Notes: generated from the letters alone by a model not told the origin. A DNA stretch of 64,000 nt from an uncultured Rivularia sp. (GCA_963665115.1 OY762007.1:5504001-5568000), one strand, 5' to 3'; shown: positions 21,744 through 32,992, counted from the first letter of the stretch. Numbers and translations: made by a program.

Positions 21744-22778
21744 TTAATAGTTTACTTGCTTGAGGACTATACGATTGCGACCCTCTTGTTTAGCTTGATA
21801 AAGTGCTTTATCTGCTGACAAAATTAAATCGCTTGGCGAAGATTTAAAGTTAGGTATGGTGGTTGCTACTCCCAAACTCAAAGTTACATAATTACTAACC
21901 CCAGATTCTGAGTGCGAAACCTGTAGCTCTCTAACTCCCGATTGCATCAAAGCTGCAACGTGAACTGCACCTGGTGCGTGTGTATTTGGCATTATTACAG
22001 CAAATTCTTCGCCACCGTAACGGGCGACTAAATCCTGATGCTTTTGTGCCGCACCATTCAAAACAGCACCCACCTTTTGCAAGCACAAATCTCCTGCTGG
22101 ATGACCATATTTATCATTAAAACGTTTAAAAAAGTCTATATCGCACAAAATTAGTGAAAGCGGTTTGTCGGAACCAGCTAAATTCATCCATTGATTATTT
22201 ATGTACTGATCGAACCGACGACGATTGGCCAACCCAGTTAAACCATCCATGTTGGCTAATTGCTGCAAAGCTTGGTTAGCAGCTTCTAACTGTTTATATA
22301 GTTGAGATTGTTGCAATAACCGCCGTACCCTTTGACGTAATACAGCCCAATGAATGGGCTTGGTAACATAATCGCTAGCTCCCGAGCCAAAAGCACGATC
22401 TACGGATGCTGGATCGTCTAAACCCGTAATCATTAGTATTGGGGTACGTTCCCACAGTTTGGAAATGACGCTGGTGCTTGCATAGGATTCAGTATCAAAG
22501 TTTGCTAAAGCTAAAGCTAAATTATTTCTAGTAATCTGCATTAATTCGTGGCAGCAGGTAAAGCCATCCATCACTGGCATTAATGCATCTAGTAGAACCA
22601 AATCGGGTTTTAAATCAATATATGCATCTAAACACTCCTGACCGTTAGTAACATCTACTACGCGATATCCTTCATTGTCCATATATTCACATAGAAGAGT
22701 CCGTATGGCTTTATCGTCATCAGCCACTAAAATCAACGGAGGTTTACTAGAAAAAGAAGTTGGGCTTGTGCCTGACAT
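21744..22778 (-). CDS. PleD-family response regulator / diguanylate cyclase (REC-GGDEF)
   Basis: REC domain (LVADDD, LLDALMP, TKP), then DGLTGLANRR, DIDFFK and RYGGEEF. Confidence 0.95.
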   Translation of the reverse strand: MSGTSPTSFSSKPPLILVADDDKAIRTLLCEYMDNEGYRVVDVTNGQECLDAYIDLKPDLVLLDALMPVMDGFTCCHELMQITRNNLALALANFDTESYASTSVISKLWERTPILMITGLDDPASVDRAFGSGASDYVTKPIHWAVLRQRVRRLLQQSQLYKQLEAANQALQQLANMDGLTGLANRRRFDQYINNQWMNLAGSDKPLSLILCDIDFFKRFNDKYGHPAGDLCLQKVGAVLNGAAQKHQDLVARYGGEEFAVIMPNTHAPGAVHVAALMQSGVRELQVSHSESGVSNYVTLSLGVATTIPNFKSSPSDLILSADKALYQAKQEGRNRIVLKQVNY

Positions 22779-23881
22779 GAGTTGCGTTCTACAGAATACT
22801 AAAGTGATAAAGCTAAAAGTAAATTGATACAGCTTGCCAGAAACTTGGACAACTATACCTGGACTACTTTCAGACTTTTCACAGCATTTATCTTTATTTG
22901 TTATTGCGCGTTAGCGAAGGCTTATCGCCGCCCTTTTTGCCATTAATAATGCGTAAACTAATTGCACTATGATTTTTAGTTGCAACATTACGACAACAGG
23001 GTGAACGAAAATTAAATCGCCCGCGTGCGGATTTATTTTAAAAACAAAACTGACAGTAAATAATATTTATCTATCAACAATTGATTACTTATTACTGTCG
23101 TCTTCATTGCTGTATCGCATGAAGGGCTTTTAAGGTGGAAAATAAATGTCAGTTAAACCTGTATTCTGTTTCACTATTATCTGCTGGAGTTTCGCAGATA
23201 CTCTTGCTGTTGCAAACAAAGCTTTTGGTAGATGATCTAATTGCATATCTATCTAATCTGGTTAGAACCCTGTTAACGATATAATAAGAACCGAACCACC
23301 ATGCAGTGGAAAGAAAGTCTTATTATCTATAGTTCCCAGATACTCACTCGCAATCACAATTTTCTATAAAAATTAGGTATTACACCTAGAGTCGCCAATA
23401 AAAATACCGAGGTGTCAAGCTATTAAGCTGCCCCTTAAACAATATTTCACCGAATTTTAAATTTTTTTGAAATTTTGTAGATATTGCACAAAGTGGAGGT
23501 GTAAATTTTCTTACCTCAAACTAAGCATGGATGAATTTTAAATGGTTCTTCTATACTTTTTATGCTAAAGAATTAGTTTAAATATGGGAATAGAGAATAG
23601 GGCACGGGGAACAGAGGAAAGGATGATATTAATGAATAATTTTAGTTGTAGAGATTAATAATTCTCGTATAGTAGGTATTACAGAGCTTTTACTCGTATT
23701 TCATCATACCAATTGCTGAATAATGTTTGAAAGTTATAAATTTATCAATGAGACTTAGAATAACGTCTACGATTTAATATTAGGCGAAGAGCTTCTTGAT
23801 ACGTAGTGCTAATCTAAAATCTAAAATCTAAAATTAATTGATTAACAGTATTTTTCGAGTTCTTACACAAACGAAAGTCCA

Positions 23882-24142
23882 ATGCCAGATTCATTGATGT
23901 ACCAACAGGATGATTATGTAGTCCTAGAAACTAACCAACCGGAAAAGTTTCTCACTTCCACAGAGTTGTTGGAAAAGCTCAAACAGACTTTGCAACAACT
24001 CAAGGAAGAAGAATTACCGCACGATCTAAAAAAAATTGATTCCCTTCAAAGCCAAGCAGAATATTTACTTGACACTAGCTGCGAGTTGGATCTCGGCCCA
24101 GGACAATATTTACAGTGGTATGCGGTACGTTTAGAAAAGTGA
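23882..24142 (+). CDS. Chlororespiratory reduction protein 7 (CRR7) family
   Basis: MPDSLMY...YVVLE..QPEKFLT..EL...LQWYAVRLEK. Confidence 0.85.
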   Translation: MPDSLMYQQDDYVVLETNQPEKFLTSTELLEKLKQTLQQLKEEELPHDLKKIDSLQSQAEYLLDTSCELDLGPGQYLQWYAVRLEK

Positions 24143-24154
24143 AAGGCTGGAAGT

Positions 24155-24715
24155 TTAGCTTTTCTCGGTTTCAGAATTAGTTACTAATGTTAATTCAATT
24201 CTCTCTTCTTCTGGCTGTGCGATTTTTACATCTACCCCTGGACCAAAAAAAGCAGTCATTTTTTGCTGCTTTTGCTCCCAAACGTCCAGCGGTACTTGGG
24301 GTGAATCAAAATCTAGTACTAAAGCATAGTTACCGTCTATTTCCTTTTCTTGCAATGCTAAAATTTCGGGTAATTCTTCATCTAACTGACCTAAGCCAAG
24401 ATGACTTAAAGCTTTATCCAAGTGAACATCAATTCCATAACGATATCTAGTGATATCTTGACGCACTTGATTTAGAGTGTCAGTTGCTTTTTGCTCTCGT
24501 AGCGATAAAACAGATTCTGGTGTCGGAGGCACAAACGGTACGGGTTTCAGTTCGTTGGCTTTTAGTGCAAGTCCTCCCAACAGTATGGGAATGCCGTAAA
24601 AAAAACCGATAAGATTGAGCGTAGCATTGTGGACTGCATAAGAGACAAAGCCCATTATGGTTAAAATACCACCGATAATTAAACCTACAGTTCCCAAAGA
24701 AATTTTGCGTAGCAT
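24155..24715 (-). CDS. DUF2854 family protein
   Basis: GFFYGIPILLGGLALK.ELKP, DITRYRYG and FFGPG motifs. Confidence 0.85.
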   Translation of the reverse strand: MLRKISLGTVGLIIGGILTIMGFVSYAVHNATLNLIGFFYGIPILLGGLALKANELKPVPFVPPTPESVLSLREQKATDTLNQVRQDITRYRYGIDVHLDKALSHLGLGQLDEELPEILALQEKEIDGNYALVLDFDSPQVPLDVWEQKQQKMTAFFGPGVDVKIAQPEEERIELTLVTNSETEKS

Positions 24716-24860
24716 ACTCTATGATCGTATTTTAAATTTAACTGTAACGATTTTTTCATTATCACCGAAAATCAGTAATACTTTGATAAAATTAAATGCC
24801 CATTACCGTTTCTTTTGGGTTAAGTTGAAAGTATTACTTAGCTAAATTTTGCTACAAACA

Positions 24861-25028
24861 ATGGATATACAGAATATAAAAGACAGAATTGCCGTAGTTG
24901 AAAGCAAGCGCGAATATCTACTTAGTTTGTTGGAACAGCCAAACTTGGGAACGATTAGAATCGATGTCAATCAGGCTTTAGAAGAAATGGATGAATTGCT
25001 TGATGAATACAAACGTACTTTTCCTTAG
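24861..25028 (+). CDS. Small hypothetical protein (55 aa)
   Basis: MDIQNIKDRIAVVESKREYLLSLLEQPNLGTIRIDVNQALEEMDELLDEYKRTFP*, a helical hairpin pattern followed by a CCCTCAC/GTGAGGG hairpin. Below the ORF-track cutoff. Confidence 0.75.
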   Translation: MDIQNIKDRIAVVESKREYLLSLLEQPNLGTIRIDVNQALEEMDELLDEYKRTFP

Positions 25029-25302
25029 ATAATAAGGTACGAAAAATAATTTCCCTCACGCTTCGCTGGTGAGGGTTTAAATATCCCTTTAAATGTGTCC
25101 TAATAATTAAGCTAGCAAGACTTTCATACGATCGAAATCATCTTGCTCGAAAATATCATTAAATCCGAAAAAAAATTGAGTATCAAACTATTGTGCGTCA
25201 GTATTTAGCCTTAAATCGTAGCTCTACTGGCGCTTCATATATATTTTGTACTTATTTATTACTTAAAATCTAACCTACCATTAGGAAGTCTATTCTGCTT
25301 TA

Positions 25303-25707
25303 TTAAGAATTTGTTTTTGGTTCTCCCAACTGCTTAATCAAGCCAACGAGTTCGTTAGTTGGTACATCTTTCTTGCAAAAAGCATCTACTCTACCCATTG
25401 CTTTTGTTTCCTGAAAATACTTTTCTTCCACAGAAGAATAAGCAATGATTTGAGTATCGGGGGATATATCTTTAATTTTGCACGAAGCACTCCAGCCATC
25501 CATGACCGGCATCTGTAAATCTAAGACAATTACATCCGGATAGCAGTTTTGAACCATTTCTACAGCTTCTTTACCATTACTAGCCAAGCCTACGACTTCA
25601 ATATTTTTCTGAGAAGAAAAAGCTAGCTGAAGAGTTAAACGAGTCAGTTCGTGGTCGTCAACTACTAGAACCCTTAAGGTCGAAGGCTCACAAGACAACA
25701 TTAACAT
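25303..25707 (-). CDS. Single-domain response regulator (NarL-type REC)
   Basis: VLVVDDH, IVLDLQMP, CKKD. Confidence 0.9.
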   Translation of the reverse strand: MLMLSCEPSTLRVLVVDDHELTRLTLQLAFSSQKNIEVVGLASNGKEAVEMVQNCYPDVIVLDLQMPVMDGWSASCKIKDISPDTQIIAYSSVEEKYFQETKAMGRVDAFCKKDVPTNELVGLIKQLGEPKTNS

Positions 25708-25850
25708 TTAATAAATAGAAAAGAATTTACACTAACCTTTATAGTTTATTGGATAAGGTAGGGCAACTAACTCTATCCTATGGTTGAATAATTTCTATGC
25801 ATTAATAACAAATTATGTAGTTGTTTTGCCAGAAACTATTTAAGCTGCCC

Positions 25851-28103
25851 TCAAGTTAAGTCAACAAGATATAAAGAATTCTTCTTAGAACCGATCAAAT
25901 TGGAGGCATTTGTACTTTTATCTGAAGCAATTTGCATCAATGTTTTTTGCGAACCAGCTTCTGAAGAGTCTTCGCTCGGTTTCCTCTGGATATAATTACC
26001 ATCTGAGTGTAGTTCCCAAGCTTGACGGTTATCGGCGAGCATAATCCCCAAGATTTCTTGTATATCTTTAGCAATGTCTGGGTCTTTTATCGGGGCTATA
26101 ACTTCTACCCTCCGATCTAAATTACGTGGCATCCAGTCAGCGCTGCCAATAAAAATTTGCTCGTCACCATTGTTGTAAAAGTAGAAAATGCGGGAATGTT
26201 CTAAGAAGCGACCCACAATACTAATTACGCGAATATTTTCGCTGACATCTTTGAGTCCCGGACGCAAACAGCAGATTCCTCTTACAATCAGGTCAATTTG
26301 CACTCCCGCACGAGAAGCTTCGTATAATGCAGCAATTATTTGAGAATCTACTAAAGAATTCATTTTAGCTACAATGCGCCCGGAAAAACCATTTTTAACA
26401 TTTTCTATTTCCCGATTAATTAGTATTAGGAAACGTTCTCGCATATTGACTGGTGCAACCAATAATTCTCGATAAGCTTTTTGTCGAGAATAACCAGTTA
26501 AGAAATTAAATACGTCCGTAACATCAGCCCCTAATTCTTCTCGACAACTAAATAATCCTACATCAGTATAAATTCTTGCCGTCTTCGGATTGTAATTCCC
26601 GGTACCAATATGTACATAACGACGGATTTGGTCTTGTTCCTGACGCACTACCATCACAATTTTGCTGTGAGTTTTTAGACCTACAAGTCCATAAACTACG
26701 TGAACGCCCGTACTTTCTAAGCGCCTAGCCCAGTAAATATTGTTCTCTTCATCAAAGCGTGCCTTGAGTTCCACAAGTACGGACACTTGCTTGCCGTTTT
26801 CAGCAGCATTGATTAAAGCGTTGACAATTGGCGAATCTCCAGAAGTCCGGTAAAGGGTCATTTTTATTGCCAATACGTCGGTGTCGTGGGCAGCATTGGT
26901 AATAAAACGTACTACCGACGCTGAAAAAGATTCATAAGGATGGTGTACGAATAAATCCCCTTCTCGAATTGCAGTGAAAAAATCTTTTCCTTCTTCTATG
27001 GGCTGCATATTCGGATTAAAAGTTGACTCTTTTATCCTTTGTATACTAGAAGGTACTACGGGCTTCCAGGATGCATCCTTAAATTCCGGCACTGGTAGCG
27101 ACATAAAATACATTAAATCTCGCAATCCCAAAAGACCATCTATTTCATAGACATCATTTTCCGATAAATCCAATACTTCTAACAGCTTTGTTCTTACCGT
27201 GCTTGGTGTTTGAGATTGCAATTCAATTCTGACCGGATTTCCTCCAGCCCTGCGTTTTCGCAGTTCTTGTTCGATTGCTAATAACAAATCGTCGGCTTCA
27301 TCTTCTTCTAAAGCCAGATCGGCATCGCGAGTAATGCGAAAAGTGTAATACTCCTGAATATTCATTCCAGGGAATAAACACTGCAAATTGTGGGCGATCG
27401 CCTGTTCGATAGGTACACCACTCCAGATGCAAGGTTTGCCATTTCGTTCAATACCCAACTCCGGTGGTAAAGGCAAAAATCGCGGTAGAACTTTAGGAAC
27501 TTTGATTCTGGCAAAAAGTTCTTCTTCGGTTTCGGGGTTTTTGACCACAACCGCCAAATTCAAGCTGAGATTCGAGATGTAGGGAAAAGGATGACTCGGA
27601 TCTACAGCAAGTGGTGTAATAACCGGAAAAACTTGTTCCTCAAAGCGATTATCTAAATATTTGCGTTGTTTTTCAGTTAAATCGATGTAATCGAGAATAT
27701 GAATACCGTGAGATGCTAACTCAGGTCGCAGTGTCTTTTCAAAATGTTGGTGCTGTTGAACTACTACCGGACGCAACATAAAGCTAATTTCTTCTAATTG
27801 TTGTTGCGGGGTGCGACCATCAAAACTTTTGCTACTAACTTTAGCTTCTACCTGCTGCCTTAACCCTGCAACCCGCACCATGAAAAATTCATCGAGATTA
27901 GTGCAGAAAATTGCCAAAAATTTAAGACGTTCTAACAATGGTGTTCGGGCATCCATTGCTTCATGCAACACCCGATTATTAAATTCCAGCCAGCTTAACT
28001 CTCGGTTGAGATAGTATTTCGGGTCTGATAACTTGTTCGGATTGGCAGTTTTCTTCGATTTCGCCATGATGACCTTTCTGGTGGGCTGGTGCGACAGATA
28101 CAC
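25851..28103 (-). CDS. ppk1: Polyphosphate kinase 1
   Basis: NRELSWLEFN, NLDEFFMVRVAG, HHPYESF, KARFDEENN, KTHSK, SADWMPRNLDRRVE. The true start may be the MAKSKK ATG. Confidence 0.98.
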   Translation of the reverse strand: MYLSHQPTRKVIMAKSKKTANPNKLSDPKYYLNRELSWLEFNNRVLHEAMDARTPLLERLKFLAIFCTNLDEFFMVRVAGLRQQVEAKVSSKSFDGRTPQQQLEEISFMLRPVVVQQHQHFEKTLRPELASHGIHILDYIDLTEKQRKYLDNRFEEQVFPVITPLAVDPSHPFPYISNLSLNLAVVVKNPETEEELFARIKVPKVLPRFLPLPPELGIERNGKPCIWSGVPIEQAIAHNLQCLFPGMNIQEYYTFRITRDADLALEEDEADDLLLAIEQELRKRRAGGNPVRIELQSQTPSTVRTKLLEVLDLSENDVYEIDGLLGLRDLMYFMSLPVPEFKDASWKPVVPSSIQRIKESTFNPNMQPIEEGKDFFTAIREGDLFVHHPYESFSASVVRFITNAAHDTDVLAIKMTLYRTSGDSPIVNALINAAENGKQVSVLVELKARFDEENNIYWARRLESTGVHVVYGLVGLKTHSKIVMVVRQEQDQIRRYVHIGTGNYNPKTARIYTDVGLFSCREELGADVTDVFNFLTGYSRQKAYRELLVAPVNMRERFLILINREIENVKNGFSGRIVAKMNSLVDSQIIAALYEASRAGVQIDLIVRGICCLRPGLKDVSENIRVISIVGRFLEHSRIFYFYNNGDEQIFIGSADWMPRNLDRRVEVIAPIKDPDIAKDIQEILGIMLADNRQAWELHSDGNYIQRKPSEDSSEAGSQKTLMQIASDKSTNASNLIGSKKNSLYLVDLT

Positions 28104-28410
28104 TATTAAGCGTGACTATAAATATAGTAGATTAAATGTAGCCACCGATTCTATCTGGAGAACAATTATTCAGTTACCAGCGAGCAGTTATCAATTGTTT
28201 TTAGCTATGTCAAATTACTTAAAATCTTTCAAATCTTTTTCATAACATTCTTGTACTTAGAAAAACACTCGAAAGAGTGTATAAATGCATGATTATTCTT
28301 GAATTAAAACTGTCTTCTAACCTTCGCTGAAATGTTCGATTAAATACTTTTATTATTTATAAATCGAACAAATCACTGCTCGCTGATGACTGTTCACTGC
28401 TCACCGTTTA

Positions 28411-31400
28411 CTATTTCTTCTGTTTCTTCTTAGCTGCTGCGGAGACTGGTAGCTGTAGATTTTGGTTATAAACGAACTTATTGTTAATTACTATCTGTCG
28501 CTTGGGAAGAGTATTGTTAGAATTTAAGCTATCTTGGGGAGAAACTCGCAAAGTATATTTACCGACGGGAACCCCATCAAGACGATACAAACCAAATTGG
28601 TCGGTAGTTCCAGATAATACTCGTGCCCCCGTGCTGGTGACTAATTCTATACGTACTTCTTTTAGAGGTTGACCAGATGCATCAGTTACCTTTCCGGCAA
28701 CTCCGTATTCAGTCCTCACGGGGAAATCTACGCGAGTTACCCCAGAAGGAGCGACTTCGGCAACTAAACTGGTTTTAGATACTGCGAGTTCGATGGGTAA
28801 TTCTTCGGGTTCGAGTTCAATAACGTAAACACCTTCTGGTAAATTACCTACAAAGAAATTACCGTTAGAGTCGGTTCTAGCAGAACCCACGTTTTTATTG
28901 CGAGTATCGTAGATGCGGACAATTGAACCGCTTAAGTCAAAGCCTTTACTTCCTTCTTTCACCGCCAGTTTACCGGAAACTGCACCGCGTTCTTTGCCGA
29001 TACCACTGTATCTAGCTGGAGTGAGTTTACCGCCTGCAACAGACATATCTGATGTCAGCGATAAACTGAGGCGACCATCATTCAACCCACCTGAACTAAT
29101 TCCTCTAGAGGGTATGGCATCATAATTAAGTCTGGCAAATAAACCGGGTAGTACTCGCATACTTGCACCCGCACTAGGTCCGACTTCTCCGTCGCTATAT
29201 GCCAAGCCTACATTCCAACTTAGTTTTTCAAGGCTATTAGGATTGTGACCAACACCTACTGAATAACGAGCAGAGTCATTTGTGCGAAATTGAGAACCGA
29301 AAGATAATTGATAATTACGGTTAAGGTTATATCTTAAATCTGATACATACGCATCACCATAAGTGTTAAAAGACAATCTAGTAGAACGATTTGGTGTAAA
29401 GAAAGCGTTAAACAAATAATCCCCAAAAATATCAGGTCTACCACTTAGAGATAAGTTAGAAAAGGGACGAGCATAAAAAGTAGGTAAAATATAATCGTTT
29501 GAATCGCTATCATCTTTACGACTGCGAGCTACAAATCCTAGATTCAATTTATTGTCGAGGCGATATCGAAATTCTAAACTATGATTATACCGTTCTCCAT
29601 TTGATTCTTTGCCTGTTCTATACTCTTGTGGCAATGACTGAGAATTAGCATTTATTTCTAATTTATCTAAATCAATGTCCAAATTAGCTGAGTAACCAAC
29701 TTTATCAAAAGAATTTCCCACACTTGCTGATAAGATAACCGGATTTGCTAAACGCCAAACTAAACCAGCTTGTGTTTGGAAAGAATTAGGAATTGCTTGC
29801 AAAGAACCTTCAAAGGTTAAGTTATCAGAAAGTCCTTGACGTAACTGATAAAAACCAACAAGACTACCTTCATCCGTAGAATTAAAATCGCTGAATAAAG
29901 AATCTTGAACTAAGTTTCCACTAAAACCTAATCCACCTAACTGTACATTACCTCCTGCTGGTAATAGCAGATCGGAGGCATTAATTCTAACAGTACGAAT
30001 ATCAATAGGAGCGCGTAAATTGTTACGATCAAAAACTAAAACTTCAACTTCATTACTTTGACCAACAGGTAATCTTACATCTAGAAATTCGTATATCCCA
30101 TCGAATCCTACCTGTTGCTCTGCAACTCTGACCCCACTCACTCTTAACTGTACAACACTTGTAGGCGGAACTCTACCGCTAAATGTTTGTACCGAACGAG
30201 AACGTCTGGGTAAAATTTCGTTAGCGCTGTAAGTTGAATTAAAATAGTCTGCGGGTAAATTACTATAACCAAATTGTAAACCTGTGAGGTCAAGTCCATT
30301 TAAAAGAGGATGTAAACCTAGTCTTTGGCGACCTAATTGATAACGAAATTGACCGCTACGTTTATAGAAAAAGTATTCAGTTAAATTGGGCTGGTTGCGA
30401 AAGTTATTATTCATTCGCAAACGCCAAGTTCCACCCGCAAGTCTTCCACCCAAAAGTGAGTTACTCTGTACGGTTGTATCTCTAGGAGTGCTAAGAATAT
30501 TTACCTCTTGTCGTAGCCTAGAAAGTCCGCTACTAGGTGCAAAAAATTCAGGTTGCAATTCGGCGTTAGTTCGAGATTGTCTGCTACCTCCACGCCAAGG
30601 GAAGTCAACAAGTAAGGTTAAATCAGCTGTGTTAAGTTCCAAACTTATATCCAGCTTTTCTTGAAGTATTTCTTTGCTAACGTAAGTTAAACCATTAATT
30701 TGCTTTAATATGTTTGGCGGAAATTTAATTATTCCTAAAGGTGTTTTAGTTTCAATCCCACTATTAGTTTTGTTAACAGAAAATCCGCCAACTTCTGCAA
30801 GAGTTTCTAAAGGGATTAAAAGAGTATTATTTTCTTCAATAATATCGATAGTACCAACTTCCCGTCCGTTAATTACAACGCCAACAAGAAAAGGTTCCCC
30901 CGGTATTTGTGCTAATCGGATAGATTTTTTATCGCGCAGCTTATTTATTAAAGAATCGCGTAGAGAATTTCTCTTTTGATTGTTAAGTGCTGTTGCTATT
31001 TTTTGATTACTTGGTTTTTGATTGTTGTTAATATTTTTTTTGTCTAGTTGGGGTTTAGAAAGAGCTATCTCCCCAGGCTTTTGAATATCGGTGTTAACAG
31101 AATCGTTAATAGTTTTATTTAAAGAAGCAGAGATAGAAGTGCTAATTAATTGTTGAACAACCGCCAGAATTTTCGCTGTATTCACATTTGTATTGCTAGC
31201 AACTTCTTGATTGTTAGCATTACTAATATTTTCTTCTAAATTTTGATTATTGCTGGCTTCTCCGGATTTAGAAACATTAGAAGCTGTTTCATAATTTTCT
31301 GTTTGTGGTTCGACAGTATCGCCAATAGTATTGTTAATTGAAGCGTATAGAGAAACGTTGATTAATTGCTGTACCGTTGCCAGAATTTTTCCTATAGCAT

Positions 31401-31809
31401 TCTTCTCAACAGATTTGCTTTCACTCTCAGATTGCTCGTTTGTAGAGGCTTTTTCGAGAGGAGTAGGAGAGATTTTACTTTCAACTGCTGCTTGCTTATT
31501 AACAGTGGGACTTTTGGTAACAGGTAAATCTTGTTTTACCGATGTAGGAACTGGTGTAGAAGCTAAGGGTGGCTTGTTTTGTTGCGTATCAGTTTGAATA
31601 ATATCAGACTGCTGATTTTCAGTAGTACAAGGCTTTGTTGAAACAGAATTAGCCAGTATTTTACCTAGTAAGTTATTTACAAGGTCAGATTTTTGCGACT
31701 TAACTTGTAGCGATTCACAACCACTATTTTGGGTTGCAGCTTGCGGAGTTAATATACTGACTACAGGTGGGGGTGTCGGTGGTAAAGCTAGGTAGAGCAT
31801 ACTTGGCAC
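28411..31809 (-). CDS. Fimbrial usher-like outer-membrane protein with C-terminal carboxypeptidase-regulatory-like Ig domains
   Basis: V..NGREVG N-domain; LTGLQFG; plug-like G.VPPTSVVQLRVSG; long beta-strand region; two TDxxGxY/F...VPxGxY domains; located downstream of a PapD-like chaperone. Confidence 0.7.
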   Translation of the reverse strand: MPSMLYLALPPTPPPVVSILTPQAATQNSGCESLQVKSQKSDLVNNLLGKILANSVSTKPCTTENQQSDIIQTDTQQNKPPLASTPVPTSVKQDLPVTKSPTVNKQAAVESKISPTPLEKASTNEQSESESKSVEKNAIGKILATVQQLINVSLYASINNTIGDTVEPQTENYETASNVSKSGEASNNQNLEENISNANNQEVASNTNVNTAKILAVVQQLISTSISASLNKTINDSVNTDIQKPGEIALSKPQLDKKNINNNQKPSNQKIATALNNQKRNSLRDSLINKLRDKKSIRLAQIPGEPFLVGVVINGREVGTIDIIEENNTLLIPLETLAEVGGFSVNKTNSGIETKTPLGIIKFPPNILKQINGLTYVSKEILQEKLDISLELNTADLTLLVDFPWRGGSRQSRTNAELQPEFFAPSSGLSRLRQEVNILSTPRDTTVQSNSLLGGRLAGGTWRLRMNNNFRNQPNLTEYFFYKRSGQFRYQLGRQRLGLHPLLNGLDLTGLQFGYSNLPADYFNSTYSANEILPRRSRSVQTFSGRVPPTSVVQLRVSGVRVAEQQVGFDGIYEFLDVRLPVGQSNEVEVLVFDRNNLRAPIDIRTVRINASDLLLPAGGNVQLGGLGFSGNLVQDSLFSDFNSTDEGSLVGFYQLRQGLSDNLTFEGSLQAIPNSFQTQAGLVWRLANPVILSASVGNSFDKVGYSANLDIDLDKLEINANSQSLPQEYRTGKESNGERYNHSLEFRYRLDNKLNLGFVARSRKDDSDSNDYILPTFYARPFSNLSLSGRPDIFGDYLFNAFFTPNRSTRLSFNTYGDAYVSDLRYNLNRNYQLSFGSQFRTNDSARYSVGVGHNPNSLEKLSWNVGLAYSDGEVGPSAGASMRVLPGLFARLNYDAIPSRGISSGGLNDGRLSLSLTSDMSVAGGKLTPARYSGIGKERGAVSGKLAVKEGSKGFDLSGSIVRIYDTRNKNVGSARTDSNGNFFVGNLPEGVYVIELEPEELPIELAVSKTSLVAEVAPSGVTRVDFPVRTEYGVAGKVTDASGQPLKEVRIELVTSTGARVLSGTTDQFGLYRLDGVPVGKYTLRVSPQDSLNSNNTLPKRQIVINNKFVYNQNLQLPVSAAAKKKQKK

Positions 31810-31963
31810 AAAGTTCTTAAAATTTAACCTGATATAGGTTGTGGACTATGAATTGTAATTATTAGTGATAGTAAAAGTTAGATAGATGCAGCTAATAAAT
31901 AATTAAATAATTAAATTAATTTTAGGTTTGTAAAAAATTAATTCAAGAGGATACAATTTTTTT

Positions 31964-31987
31964 GTAGTGCGGGCCGAACAGCCCGCT
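31964..31987. repeat. REP-like single unit, family A variant
   Basis: GTAGT-GCGGGC-cgaaca-GCCCGC-T. Confidence 0.65.
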
Positions 31988-32073
31988 ATGATTAACTAAA
32001 AATATTTATGCAATTACGAAATACTCGAAGAATAACTCACCTTAAAAATAGGAAAAGTTTGTCTAGAAAAAGA

Positions 32074-32992
32074 CTATTTACTCAAAGAACTGGCTGGTGA
32101 CTTTGCTGGCTTAGGAGTATTAGATGTAGCTTTAACAGTGAAAGGAATACCTTTGTCAACCTGAGTTCGACCCAAGTTAGCATTGATATCTAAAACATAG
32201 TTACCTGGAGGTAATTTTCTGCGTATTTCTTGCAATAACTGACGATTCGTATTTGGTAAAACTGGTGGTGTTTCTATCCTTCCAACTTCAACGACATCTG
32301 TAGGTCTTTTTTTCTTAGAAGTTTCCAGAGCTAATAATTCCAGTTGCTTTAGCTCCTGGATATTTTGCAGCTTTCCAAATAGCATATTGCCCTTTTATGC
32401 GTACATGAGCGTTACCTTGATTGGAAACATTAAATACAGCATTAATGGCATTAGGCTTAGTATCAACAGTTACTGAATTAACCTTGCCGACTCTTTTGAT
32501 TTCTCCGGCATAGGCATAGACTACAACACCCATACGTGCTTTAGTCTTAACTGCTTTCGAGCTACTGCCAGAAGGAATCTCTTCAAAATAAATCACAGCA
32601 CGGTGTTCGCCAGGAGTGGGTTTTGTTTTAGGGCGAATAGCGAAACGTACAGTTTGAGTACCCTTTGCTGGAATTGTAAATTTAGAAGGAGTAAACAGAA
32701 TCCATCTATCTAAAGATTCCTCGGTAGATGGTATATCTTTAAGTTTATTATTTTCATCCATCCTCCAATTTTTGACAAAAGCCCTAATTTGTACTGGTTT
32801 GTTAGCAAAATTAGTTAATTTGATTGTATTAGAGCGTCCTTTTCTAGAATTAATATCTATTTCCATTCGGGGCGGGCTAATAGCCATTTCTATTGCTTTA
32901 ACAGTTGGTATTTCCCAAGCTAATAATCCTATTAAACTTAAAGCTATGGCTTTTGCTGTTTTCTGTAACATAATAAATTTTTGTTTCCTCAC
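32074..32992 (-). CDS. PapD-like periplasmic pilus chaperone; split by an apparent frameshift at ~32340
   Basis: Signal peptide; ISPPRMEI; FTPSKFTIPAKGTQTVRF; GEHRAVIYFEE; NQGNAHVR. Removing one base gives a continuous PGAKATELLALETSK...VLPNTNR...LPPGNY. Confidence 0.85.

Noticed and set aside
21643..21760. tRNA-Thr as the integration site of an island
   Set aside because: No integrase nearby, no duplicated tRNA 3' end seen, and the flanking genes are ordinary cyanobacterial genes.
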